DNA from: Octopus bimaculoides
Lineage: Eukaryota
Direction of reading: 5' to 3'
DNA: 64,000 nucleotides
Assembly (NCBI RefSeq): GCF_001194135.2
Contig: NC_068982.1
Location: forward strand, 11,367,074 to 11,431,073
A program made the translations under genes and the position numbers. Each line of letters opens with the position of its first letter. Position 1 is the stretch's first letter. The notes under the pieces were generated by a model. It was not told where the DNA came from, searched no databases, and was given only the letters and a program-made list of their open reading frames with translations. Positions 51,434-63,166 of this stretch are shown here, piece by piece.

Positions 51434-53044
51434 NNNNNNNNNNTTGTTTGTTTAGTCCCCATTACTTAGCAGTTTGGCAAAAGAGGCCAACAGAATAACT
51501 GCTCAAAAAAAAAAAAAAAAGAAACAAATGACTGGGGACAATTTTTCTGATTAAATCCTTCAAGCTGGTGCCTCAGCATGAATGAAACAAAATATAATTC
51601 TTGAATAAAACATAATACACTTCTGAAAACTGTAAATTCTAAGATGCTTTGTAAAGAGTTTATCAAAATATTACAGCATTATTGTTTGGCACAGTTTCTC
51701 ATTAACTTTTACAGAAAATTAAATTTTACTACAATTACCAAACTTGAATTTTTATCAATGTATATCTGTTTTATTTCATAATGTTTCTTCATAATGCATT
51801 CAGCTTCAGTTTGAAAGAAAAAAAGCTAGTTTCAAAGATCTAATTATACATTTTCTTCTGTTGAAAACTTGTAGACTAATGTTTTAAAATTTCTGAAATT
51901 TCATCATTCCATAATTATTCTTTTTTATGTTTTCATATGCTCTTTGAATGAGAAATATATATCTATTTTTTAGCATTTGTTATAATAATTGTTATTTTTA
52001 TTATGATTCATTTAAAATATTTTATGAAAACAATATTGTATTTACTTAATGCTTTCAAACTAAATCTTTTTGTTTAAATTTATTCATCATAAATAATTAT
52101 TTTAGTCTTGTACAACTTATTAATAATGCAGTTAACACAAACTTTTTAAACATAAATATCAAAATCTCTCGAAATTTGTCAATATTTATTTCATTTGAAT
52201 TGCATTAGCAGCCTGTAATAGCTCCTTCATATTTATGAATAGCTGCTTTAAAATTATTTTCTTTAAAAAAAAATTAAAATCAGAAGAAATCTCTAAAATA
52301 AAAAAAAATGTTTGAAAAAAATTCTATAAAAAGTAGTAATATAAATATGAAAAAAAAATATAAATAATTTTGAAAAATAATATTTTTTAAAGAGTAATCC
52401 ATTTGAATGTAAGAGACATGCATGTTTAGAAAGATGAATAAATGAAGACTAAAAGCTCAGGATAATAAAGACAAATCAGCAATCTCTTTTAAAGTAATAA
52501 GAATGGAAAAGAAAAAAAAAAATTAAATGAAAAGATACATTCAATGATTGCTTACAAATCAAACCCCCAAAAGCTTTCAAAGATAGCAGAAAATGATGGC
52601 TTGTACTAAAAAAAAAAAAAAAAAATTAAATAATATTTACATTCTAAAGTCAAGAAGTTAAAAAAAAAAATGTTAAACCATTCTACAATTTGAAAAGCAA
52701 GGTAGCAAAAGCGCAAACCTTTCATATACAAGGAAGCAAATAGCAGTCACCATATAAGCATGGTTTCAATTTCAATTCCAAACAATTTGAAAATACTTGG
52801 GAAAAAAAAAAAAGAATGAAATAAATTTGCTTTAGAAATATTGTTGATTTTTAAATTTGCAGCAATGAATAATTTTTTTTTTTTTTTTTTTTTGTAATTC
52901 AACATAGAATTAGTGGAGAAAACGTCATAAAATTTAAAAGGAAGAAAAACAGAATTTGTATTTTATCTCTAGTTATTAATACTAAAAGTTTTGTTCCAAA
53001 CATTGGATGTTTTTTCATGTATTTTGGAGATGCTCTTTGCTGCT

Positions 53045-53063
53045 ATATATGTGAATGTGTGTA

Positions 53064-53102
<39 letters not shown>

Positions 53103-53112
53103 GTACACATAT

Positions 53113-53143
<31 letters not shown>

Positions 53144-53273
53144 CATACATACACACCTAGTATATTCATGTATTTATGTGTACATGCATTTAAGCACATA
53201 CATACGTATATACATATCTACATGCTTAAATATCCAAACACACACATACACACATATAAATATATAAACAAAC

Positions 53274-53320
<47 letters not shown>

Positions 53321-53620
53321 TATATTTATATATACATTTATATATGCATGTGTGTGTGCGTGCATATATACTTATATACGCACATATATATTTTAAAGAG
53401 TTAAGATATTTAGGTGCACATACATACATTTATATGTATGTATGTGTGTACATAAATACTTATATACATGTACATACATGTATATATATTTTACAGAAGT
53501 TAAAATATATATTTATATACATACACATATATATATATTTACACATATGTATGCACATTTATACATACATGTATATTCATACACTCACACGCACACTCAC
53601 ATATATATTTATGAAGCTCT
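53045..53620. repeat. Long compound TA/TG/CA low-complexity tract
   Basis: Direct inspection. Confidence 0.9.
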
Positions 53621-53917
53621 ACACACATCTTGTCTTCATAATCTTAATCATTTGATGTCCTTTCTTAGATGATCTATAAATTTCTAAAAAAATTTCTAAT
53701 ATATTTCATATATAAATTTTTGCATTGCTTCATTCTTCATCTTTTGTTCATGGTTTTATTCAACCTTGAATGTTCTAATCTGCAATATTTGGCTCGCAAT
53801 AGTTGCAGGTGGTCAAATCAATACTATCTAAAGCTTGCAGATTCTTATTCTGACCACAGTGCCGTGTCACAGCAATGTCACTTATCTCTTAAACGAGTCT
53901 CTGAGATAAGAAGTTGG

Positions 53918-54319
53918 GGATCTTTTTTAAAACGGGGGCCACATTTTTCATTAATGTTTTACATAGTGTTTTTGGTACAGAAAGACTTTCAAACTTCGTA
54001 TACTTATCTATTTTGTGTTATAGAACAGAAAAATATTTTTGTATTCGAATTTATTTCATGTAAAAAATTGTCTTATTTCGATAATTTCAACCAATCACTG
54101 ACAAGTATTCAGTTGTTTATATTTACTCCTTTGGCTGATTAAGCGATGTAAAGCGTATTTAATCTCCATACCTTCGTTTTATTTGCTAACTTAGGGATTT
54201 CTTTTTTTTTTTAAGAAGACTAAGAGAAAAAGATGTTTTATATGACACATTCTACCAGTGTTCCAAGTTTCAAAGTGTTTCGTTAATGAAAAATGTGGCC
54301 CCCATTTTAAAAAAGATCC
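53918..54319. mobile_element. Merlin-like MITE (402 bp) with perfect 8-bp TSD GAAGTTGG
   Basis: gaagttgg|ggatcttttttaaaacgggggccacatttttcattaa ... ttaatgaaaaatgtggcccccattttaaaaaagatcc|gaagttgg; the about 37-bp TIRs differ at one position. Confidence 0.88.
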
Positions 54320-54489
54320 GAAGTTGGTGTTTGCATGATCACTTAAGCTGCTAAAAATAGCAGCCAAATCTCCCTCAGATCATCACATACTCTTAAAAAA
54401 CAAAAAAGAATGAACACTCACTGGAAACTATGTTTGTAAAATTCCTTACTGAATTCTCCCATTCGCATCTGAACAACAAATATCACTTA

Positions 54490-54720
54490 GCTTCCCAACT
54501 TCATCTTCAGCCATATTGCAGATTACCTTAGCTACAATACTGCCATAGATATTCCCAATGACAGCTTCATTAAAAAAGATGCTATCAGCACATGTATGGC
54601 TAACAAATGTATTGATAATTTACTCACTTTGGGTAGTACGGCCAGTTTCATAGATGAGTATGGATCCAAGCACATCTCAATTGCAACATTACCACAAGAC
54701 TTGCCAACTCAAATTAAATA
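54490..54720 (+). mobile_element. Possible decayed Ty3/gypsy aspartic protease region
   Basis: An ATG-less open frame reads ...MANKCIDNLLTLGSTASFIDE..., resembling the L(I/L)D(S/T)GST.SFI motif, and lies just upstream of the RT fragment. Confidence 0.4.
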
Positions 54721-54983
54721 GATTATTTCTGCAGCTTTCAGTATTACAAACAATTCTTTATTTACTTTCTCACTCATGGTTTTTTTTTTTTTTTTTTTAG
54801 CAGTGAATTTAAATGCTTGTATAAATTACATTGTTCCACTTTAATTCCAAGACATATTTTTCATAAAAGAGATAACTGTTATATTGAAACTTTTAAGATC
54901 ATTTTCACTCACTTTTCTTTGATTTGTTCCTTTGTTGGTGGCCCTTCTTCATTTTCTTTTTTCTTTTTTTTTTGTTACATCTT

Positions 54984-55501
54984 CATCATCATTTAACGTC
55001 CGTTGTCCATGCTGGCATGGGTTGGACGGTTTGACTGGGCTGGCATGCTGAAAGGCTGCACCAAACTCCAGTCTGTTTTGGTGTGGTTTCTATGACTGGA
55101 TGCCCTTCCTAATGCCAACCACTCCGAGGATGTAATAGGTACTTTTATCTACCACCAGCATGGATGCCATTTGCATGACACCGGTATCTGCCATGACTGT
55201 AAAGTGGTTGGTGTTCAGAAGGGCATCCAGTTGTAAAAACCTTGCCAAAACTGACCTTGCCTGTGCTTGTGCCACATAAAAAGCACGAAGTCCACTCTGC
55301 TGAGTGATTGGTGTTAGGANNNNNNNNNNTTGTGCCACATAAAAAGCACGAAGTCCACTCTGCTGAGTGATTGGTGTTAGGAAGGGCATCCAGCTGTAAA
55401 AATCCTGCCAAAACAGTTGCAGAAGTCTGATGCAGGCTTCTACTTGGTTGGCTCTTGTCAAACCACCCTACTCATGCCAGCATGGAAGGCGGATGTTAAA
55501 C

Positions 55502-55533
<32 letters not shown>
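54984..55533. mobile_element. Inverted pair of (ATG)n-tailed retroposons, tails outward
   Basis: catcatcatttaacgtccg... at the left and ...ggatgttaaacgatgatgatg at the right; includes a 53-bp assembly duplication around the 10-N gap. Confidence 0.8.
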
Positions 55534-55534
<1 letters not shown>

Positions 55535-55629
55535 TCATCTTTTGGATGCCATTGCTGAGTCCTTCCTCAGTCTTTTTGTGGTGAACATGAGCAATAAGTG
55601 TTACAATGTTTTCTTATCAATAATCCACA

Positions 55630-56530
55630 CTAGGTAAATTATTGATGCATTCTAGATGCCTGTCTACTTTCTAACACCGAAGATCTCATGCATTCTGTTT
55701 CCTACAATAAATTCTACATCAAACTGGATCTAAAAACAACATGCTATATGATTCCATTCCTCAATGGTGGTAAGAAATATACTGAATTTCAAGCTGACGG
55801 ATGCTTATTCTTGCCTACAAGGTTACCCTTCCATGAGACTAATGCCATAAGTGCTTTTCAAAGAGTGATGGATGGTAAAATTTATGACAATGATATCAAA
55901 AGAGTTCAAGTGCATTTAGATGATGTTATTGTCATTGAAAAAAAAAAAAAAACTAATAAGGAACATGATGGGAACTTGGTTCAATTTATTTCAGTTACTA
56001 AGAAACTTCAACATTACACTGAACAATGAATGCCAATAATCTTCTCTGCCAAACATCCATTTGTTACCAAGGACACAAAATAGAAAATTATTGTCTGTAA
56101 ACTGATTCAGTAAGATTGAAATCATTTGATTGATTCCTATAAATGCTAATCCACTACAACAGCTATAGGGCTTGTTTCATTACTGCCATAAATAGATACC
56201 TTCTTTCTAGGAATTAAAACCTCTACTAAATCCTAGATTTTCTCTTACAAAAAGTGGATATCTAGATACTATTCATTTGCTTAAGACTTGAATAGCTAAT
56301 GCCTCTTTCTTACCTGTCTTACCTGAAGTTTCATTGTATGTTAACACTAAGATTTGTGTTACAACAATTTTACAAGTAATTCCACAGAAAACTTTCTCAC
56401 CCAGAATGAAATTCATTGCCTTTTGAAAAGGAATCTATGTCTATCATAGAAAGTGCAAGGAAATGGCAAATCTTTTTTATTTTGGGGGCCATTTTACATT
56501 ACACAATTGCCATCATCAGGCAATCACATG
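55630..56530 (+). mobile_element. Decayed Ty3/gypsy pol fragment (RT and RNase H)
   Basis: ILDACLLSNTEDLMHSVSYNKFYIKLDLK..YTEFQADG..RLPF..NAISAFQRVMD..VHLDDVIV..EHDGNL follows gypsy RT motifs (YLDD changed to HLDD). Downstream KESMSIIESARKW resembles RNase H EKEA.AI..A.RKW. Multiple stops and frameshifts. Confidence 0.8.
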
Positions 56531-56872
56531 GAATTATTGTTGCTGATTCTCTTACCAGATGCTCCTTGATTATATTTCCTCCTGGAGTCAAAAATCTACG
56601 TAAGCTTTTGAATTATCTGGGGGGGGGGGGTACTCAGTAATGGTGTCATGTCAGATTTAAGAACTTACCATTTTCTTTTGAAAATATTTAAAAATAACAT
56701 GTGACAAATGCTACTAAAACTTGTTGAGCTGTTCCTCATCCAAAAGAGCAGAGGAAGAAGGACTTAACTTGGATCCATTTGGAAGTTTGTTGCAGGAAGG
56801 ACATCCTGCAATAGAAAAATTGTCTCAGTAAGTCTTGTCTAATGCATGATAGTATGGAAAAGTGGATGCTGT

Positions 56873-57258
56873 ACACACTCTTAACTCCCAACCACATGGT
56901 TCCAGGTTTAGCTCCTCTGCATGGCATCTTAGGTGGGTGTCTTGTACTATAGCCTTGGACCGACCAAATTCTTGTGAGTGGTTTTGGCAGACAGAAGCTA
57001 ATAGAAACCCATCATATCTATCTATCTGTCTGTCTGTCTGTCTGTCTATCTATACATATATATTATGTGAGTGTATGTATGTGTGTGTTTGTGCAAGCAC
57101 TTGTGTGTGTGTGTGTATCTGTCTTTGTCCCCCACCAATACTTGACAAAAAAATATAAGTACTGGGGTCAATCCATTTGACCCCAGTACTAATTGATTCT
57201 TCAGGGTGATGCCCCGGCATGGCCACAGTCTAATGACTAAAACAAATAAAAGATAAAA
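56873..57258 (+). mobile_element. SINE family A (internally deleted)
   Basis: ccaaccacatggttcc..tactatagccttgg..gcatggccacagtctaatgactaaaacaa. Confidence 0.75.
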
Positions 57259-57261
57259 GAC

Positions 57262-57297
<36 letters not shown>

Positions 57298-58029
57298 CTA
57301 TGAATAATTATATATATTTGTGTGCCTAATTTCATGTGTGTGTATGTGTGTGTGTACGTGTGTGTGTATGCGTGTGTGTGCGCGTGCGTGTGCGTGTGTG
57401 TATGTTAGTATTAACTTCATGCACCACAAAGAAAAGCTTCTGGAAACCTGTTGTCTCTTAATTCCAAATAGATATATGTGATTACATTCATTTAACAACA
57501 CAAAGCAGTGAAATACGAATTTTGAAAATAAAAATAATACATCCAATTATTTTTGAATGGTCTGATTGAGCTGAAAATCAATTGTTGGTGAGAAATTTGA
57601 ATATTCTATAAGTGCTGAAGTGAACTGTGACAAGATAAACATCTTCAGAGATAGTTAAATAGCAAATTAATGAAAACTCGGAATTGGCATATTGACAGAT
57701 ACACGTCTAGCCCTTAATTCAATGATATTTATAAAAGTGTTTATTGAGGATATCTATTTTTATACTGTCTTTTATATACAGTAATAATAAGAAAAATCTA
57801 TCTTGTAAATATTTGGTTCAAATTGTTATAATTAAACAGATGATACTTGATAATTTCAAACATTGGATTATACACTTTCATATGATAGTACAAACGATAC
57901 ACGCTAAATGTTTATGTAACAGATACATGCAATAAATAGATTGGTTTAGTCAAAAATATGGAACCAGATCATTAGCAGAACAAAATATATATAGAAATAT
58001 TTTTGACTTGAACAATTTTTTTTTATTTA

Positions 58030-58132
58030 TCTCTTTTACTTGTTTCAGTCATTAGACAGACTACAGCCATGCTTGGGCAACGCCTTGAATTTTAAGTCAA
58101 ATAAATTGACCCCAGTACTTATATATTCATTT

Positions 58133-58163
<31 letters not shown>

Positions 58164-58475
58164 AGCCTTGTACTTATTCTATCAGTCTCTTTTGCCAAAC
58201 TACTAAGTTACAGGGATGTTAACACACTAGCACCTGTTGTCAAGCAGTGATAGGAGACAAACACTGACACACAGACACACATGCATAAATATATTAATAT
58301 ATATATATATATATATATATGACAGGTGGGTTTCTTTCAGCTTCCATCTACCACATCCCCTCACAAGGCCCCAGGCTATAATAGAAGACACTTGCCCAAG
58401 GTGACACACAGTGGGACTGAACCTGGAACCATATGTTTGAGAAGCAAATTTCTTACCACACAGCCATGCCTGCAC
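58030..58475 (-). mobile_element. SINE family A
   Basis: Reverse complement of the family A unit. Confidence 0.85.
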
Positions 58476-58582
58476 CTATCCATAGTCACACCTGTGCTTA
58501 TCCACACAGCCACACCAACGCCTATAATGGGTAATTATTTGTTTGTTATTCTTTTTGTGTTCAAAACTCTATTTCAATAGAC

Positions 58583-58727
58583 CAGTCATGGGCTGAAACT
58601 GGCCTGTGGGACTTTCTGAATGGCTCACCTAATGAAAAATAACTTTGAATTTTTTAGTAGTGCGGCTTGCCCAATGATGAGCCATGTCTCATGCAGCATA
58701 CTTCTCAAGAAAGGTTGCCTATGACTG
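58583..58727. mobile_element. Short hAT-like MITE
   Basis: Ends cagtcatgggc ... ggttgcctatgactg; flanks caatagac / taaaagac match at 6 of 8 positions. Confidence 0.55.
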
Positions 58728-58761
58728 TAAAAGACTATAACTAAATTTATATCGTTATTAT

Positions 58762-58923
58762 TATGCAAAAGTGTGCCATAAGTCTAAAATGTGGCTTTTT
58801 CAGGAAATGAAAAATAGCTTCACCATTCCATAGCAAAATCGTTGTACTGCACTTTGAGACAATTTTTGATATTTTGGCATCTGAAGCAGCTGGAGATACG
58901 ATAGTTTGACCAAAAGAACCAGC

Positions 58924-58971
<48 letters not shown>

Positions 58972-59130
58972 CTATTATGCAAAAGTATTATAAGTCCAAA
59001 ACGTTGCTTTTTCAAGATACGAAAAGATATTTTCACCATTCCATAAAAAAACCAGTGTACTACATTTTGACAATTTTTGATATCTTGGCATCTGAAGCAG
59101 CTGTAGATACGACTGACCAAAAGAACTGGC
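58762..59130 (+). repeat. Two about 160-bp direct repeats separated by (TA)n
   Basis: tatgcaaaag...ttcaccattccata...gacaatttttgatat.ttggcatctgaagcagctg.agatacga...tgaccaaaagaac occurs at about 58762-58923 and 58976-59130. Confidence 0.8.
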
Positions 59131-59267
59131 AATTGCAAGCAAAAATAAATATTAAATAAAACACATTTGGCCAAATTTGGACATACAACAGTTTAACATA
59201 ATAGTAATGATATGTAAACTAATTTTCTAATGAAATTTAAGCATTTGATAGCCTTTCAACATTTCAT

Positions 59268-59965
59268 ATTGTTTTAGCCATTAGAGTGCGGATGTGCTGG
59301 TGCACCACCTTGAAGAATTTTTTAGTTGAATGAATTGAATGCATACTTATATTTTTTCTAAACTCGCTATTTATTCTATCAGTCTCTTTAACCAAACCAC
59401 TAAGTAACAAGGACATAAATTACACAAGCACCAGTTATCAAGCGGTGGGTGATGGGGGGTGGAGGACAAGCACAGATGCAAAAGCAAACACAGACACATG
59501 TGTATAGACACGACGGGCTTCTTTCAGTTTCTTATTTCGTTATTGCCCACAAGGGGCTAAACATGGAGGGGACAAACAAGGACAGATAAAGGGATTAAGT
59601 CGATTACATCGACCCCAGTGCATAACTGGTACTTAATTTATCGACCCTGAAAGAATGAAAGGCAAAGTCGACTACGGTGGAATTTGAACCCAGAACATAA
59701 TGGCAGACGAAATACCGCTAAACATTTCGCCTGGCATGCTTAGATTCTGCCAGCTCGCCACCTTCATTCAGGCTTCTTTCAGTTTCTACCTACCAAATCT
59801 ACATATACAATGCCCTTCTTCCAGTTGTCATCATTCAAAACCATGTGCAAAGGCTTTGGACAGCCTGAGGCTATACTAGAAGACACTTGCCTAAAGTGCC
59901 ACTCTGCAGGACTGAACCCAGAACCATGTGGTTGGGAAGCAAGTTTCTTAACCACACAGCCATGT
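59268..59965 (-). mobile_element. SINE family A interrupted by a SINE family B copy (59532-59770) with a 16-17 bp TSD
   Basis: ggcttctttcagtttc(t) at 59516-59531 and 59771-59786 flanks the inserted family B copy. Confidence 0.85.
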
Positions 59966-61200
59966 TTCCTAATTCAATGCAGCATCATGCAATAAAAAAA
60001 TAATAATTTTGTTTTTCTTTTATTGGCTCAAGGCCTGAAATTTTGGAAGAGGAAACGAGTCAATTACATCAACCCCAGTGTTTAACTGGTACTTATCTAA
60101 TTAACCCTGAAAGGATGAAAGGCAAAGTCGACTTTGGTAGAATTTGAACTTAGAACATAAAGACAGATGAAATGCCACTAAGCATTTTGGCTAGTGTAAA
60201 ATAAATAGATAATAATGCATAAAAAACCATATATATGTATTTAAAACTGGACAATTTCTCCTGTTTACTTGTTGAACAAAAGCTATTCTGAATTTCTAAA
60301 CTTACCTAAAAGGTCAGAATTTGCAACTTGACTAACTTTAAGTAGAATTTATGGATTCAAAAACCCATCTTCCTTGTTTGGTTCTTCCAGTTACATAATG
60401 ATATTGCTTTTAAGCTGTTATTATTTAGATGTAATTTTGAAGAAGGGGGGGGGGGCAGATAAAAAAAAGGATAAAAAAGAAAAAGAAAAAAAAGGAAAAA
60501 TTCCAAACCTGTAAAACTCAGTGGTTGACAGTAAAAAGTAACACTGAAATATTACGTGAAAACGTTAAATGTCAATATTCAAAGGCACAATAAAATCTAT
60601 TTAATATGTGTGGTGTTTTCGTCTTTCCTATGGTATTTAACATAGAGGATTTATTAGCTCGTTCACGTGCCACATGTTTGTTCATTGAACATCTTTTAAC
60701 TTGTTTGTCAACAAGCTACATGTTAATAATTTTGTCACAAAAAAAAAAGAAAAAACGTATGCTTTTATTAGCTCTAGTCAATGGACCACCGCCATACTGA
60801 GATACAATTTTTACAGGTTTTAGTTGCTTATATCAACCCCAGTATTTTGTCAAGCTTATTTTATTGATCTTACGAAGGACAATTGGCAAATATGATTTGG
60901 ATGTAAAGAGATGTTACTAGGACAGAAAAAAAAAATTTGTTTGATGCACTGATTTTGCGATCTCTTACTGACACTCCCAAGTGTTTATCCTCGAGGTTTT
61001 TACATATGTTTTTTCCATGCTGGTATGGGTTGAACAAGACTTTGTAAAAATTATTCTAAAGTTAAATGCCAACCTGTACTTGTTTTTAAGCAAGGTACTT
61101 TATATTATCTCTTCACACATCTAACCACTGGCTGCTGGATTTTTGTGGGGACGAATCACCACAGCCCAAGTAGTATCAATACAAAGACAGGCAGAGATAG

Positions 61201-61244
<44 letters not shown>

Positions 61245-61507
61245 GCTACTATATAGTTCCTGTTAGCCAAATTTCACTCACGATATTTATTTCGTTATTG
61301 CTCACATGACAAAGGAATTAAATCGATTACATCAACCCCAGTGCATAACTGGTACTTATTTAACTGACCTCGAAAGGATGAAAGGCAAATTTGACCTTGG
61401 CGGAAGTTGAATGTAATGGCAGATGATATATTGCTAAGCATTTTGCCCGGCGTGCTAACGTTTCTGCCAGCTTGTCGCCTTATTATTCACATGATATCGG
61501 TCAAACT

Positions 61508-61900
61508 TGGGCACAGGTGTGGCTGTGAGGCAAGCAGTTTGCTTCCTAACCACATGGTCCCACTGCATGGCACCTTGGGCAAGTATCTTCTACTATAACC
61601 TTGGGATGACCAAGGCCTTGTGAGTGGATTTAGTAGACTGAAACTCAAAGAAGCTTGTTGCATGTGTGTGTGTGTGTCCCTTTGTGTCTGTGTTTCTCCC
61701 CCACCACAGCTTCACAACCAGTGTTGGTGTGTATATGTCCCAATAGCGTAGTTGTTTGGCAAAATTGACCAATAGAATAAGTTCTAGGCTCAAAAAGATA
61801 AGTACTGGAGTCGATATGTTTGACTAAAATCCTTCAAGGCAGTGCCCCAGCATGACCATAGTCTAATGACTAAAGCAAGTAAAAAATAAAAGATGAAATG
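61508..61900 (+). mobile_element. SINE family A
   Basis: gtgtggctgtgagg...gcatgaccatagtctaatgactaaagcaagtaaa. Confidence 0.8.
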
Positions 61901-61924
61901 AAAGATATTGTTTGGCACCTTGGG

Positions 61925-63166
61925 CCATACAATCTAAATCTGTGTGGTTGTGAAAAGAATGTCTGAACCACACAACCATGTTTAATCCCTACACACATGC
62001 ATAGAGATACACAAAGAAGTTTCCATACAGTTTCCATCAACCAAACTTCACTCACAAGGCTTTGGTCAAACTGAAGCTCTTGTAAAACTTACTTGCCCAA
62101 GGTGTCACTAGTTGTATCAAACTAAGATCCATGCGACTGCGAAGCAAACTTATTAATTGCTCAGACGTATTTATTGATAAATCCTTTCTGCAAAATCAGC
62201 ATTTACAAAGAGATAATCTCAAGTAAATATTGTGGCAAATAGCACTGCAGGCTACTGTCACTACAATTAGCAGTATTTCTAATATATTTCAATACTATCA
62301 CTTTCCAAACTCTTTTCATATTAACTTTAGTGATTACTGCACACCAGATTACATCTAGCATTTAGTTTCATTTGCTAATGTTTATTGACTCAACTGTTTC
62401 TGATTTTTATTTTCACCACTTATTTAATATTCAATTTGTCACTTCTTTTGAGTTTTAGTGCTAATACTTTAAAATAACAATCTTTATATTTGTTTGATGC
62501 TATTACTAAAAATTTTACCTCTCTTCTTTGATTTCTATTTAATAATTTTCAAGTATCTAACTTTTTTTTCTGAACTCTCTTGAATTTCAAGAATTGATTA
62601 CTATGTTTTCTGGGGCATGCTAATCCTTTTTTTTTTTTTTTAACTAAAATATTTCTTCATTGTCATGTTTGCTGCTGTTAACAGACAAAAAGAATATAAT
62701 CGTTTCTACTCTAGGCACAACGCTCAAAATTTTTGGATAGGGAAGGGGCCAGTCAATTAGATCGACCCCAGTACACAATTTATTGACCCTGAAAGGATGA
62801 AAGGCAAAGTTGACCTCAGTGGAATTTGAACTCAGAATGTAAACACAGACGAAATACTGCTAAGCATTTTGCCCAGCGTGCTAACGTTTCTATCAGCTCA
62901 CTGTATTTATTGATAAATAAATACATTTGCAAGATTGATAAGTTTGCTTCACAGTCACAGGGATCCAAGTTTGATACAACTAGTGACACCTTGGGCAAGT
63001 AAGTTTTACAAGAGCTTCAGTTTGACCAAAGCCTTGTGAGTGAAGTTTAGTTGATGGAAACTGTACGGAAACTTCTTTGTGTATGTCTATGCATGTGTGT
63101 AGGGATTAAACATGGTTGTGTAGTTAAGACATTCTTTTCACAACCACACAGATTTAGTTTGTATGG
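61925..63166. repeat. Near-identical inverted duplication: arms about 61925-62160 and 62929-63166, spacer about 770 bp
   Basis: The arms match in reverse complement at above 90 percent by eye, including changes absent from other family A copies (e.g. ctgaagctcttgtaaaacttacttgcccaaggtgtcactagttgtatcaaact). Confidence 0.9.
62705..62902 (-). mobile_element. SINE family B
   Basis: Reverse complement of the 27120-27325 unit; further copies at about 44790-44937, 60020-60197 and 61285-61480. Confidence 0.8.

Noticed and set aside
51272-51469. Poly-His ORF
   Set aside because: Translation of a (CAT)n repeat next to a gap, beside a SINE; no exon context.
55267-55382. Perfect 53-bp direct repeat
   Set aside because: The two copies flank a 10-N gap exactly, typical of unmerged contig overlap.
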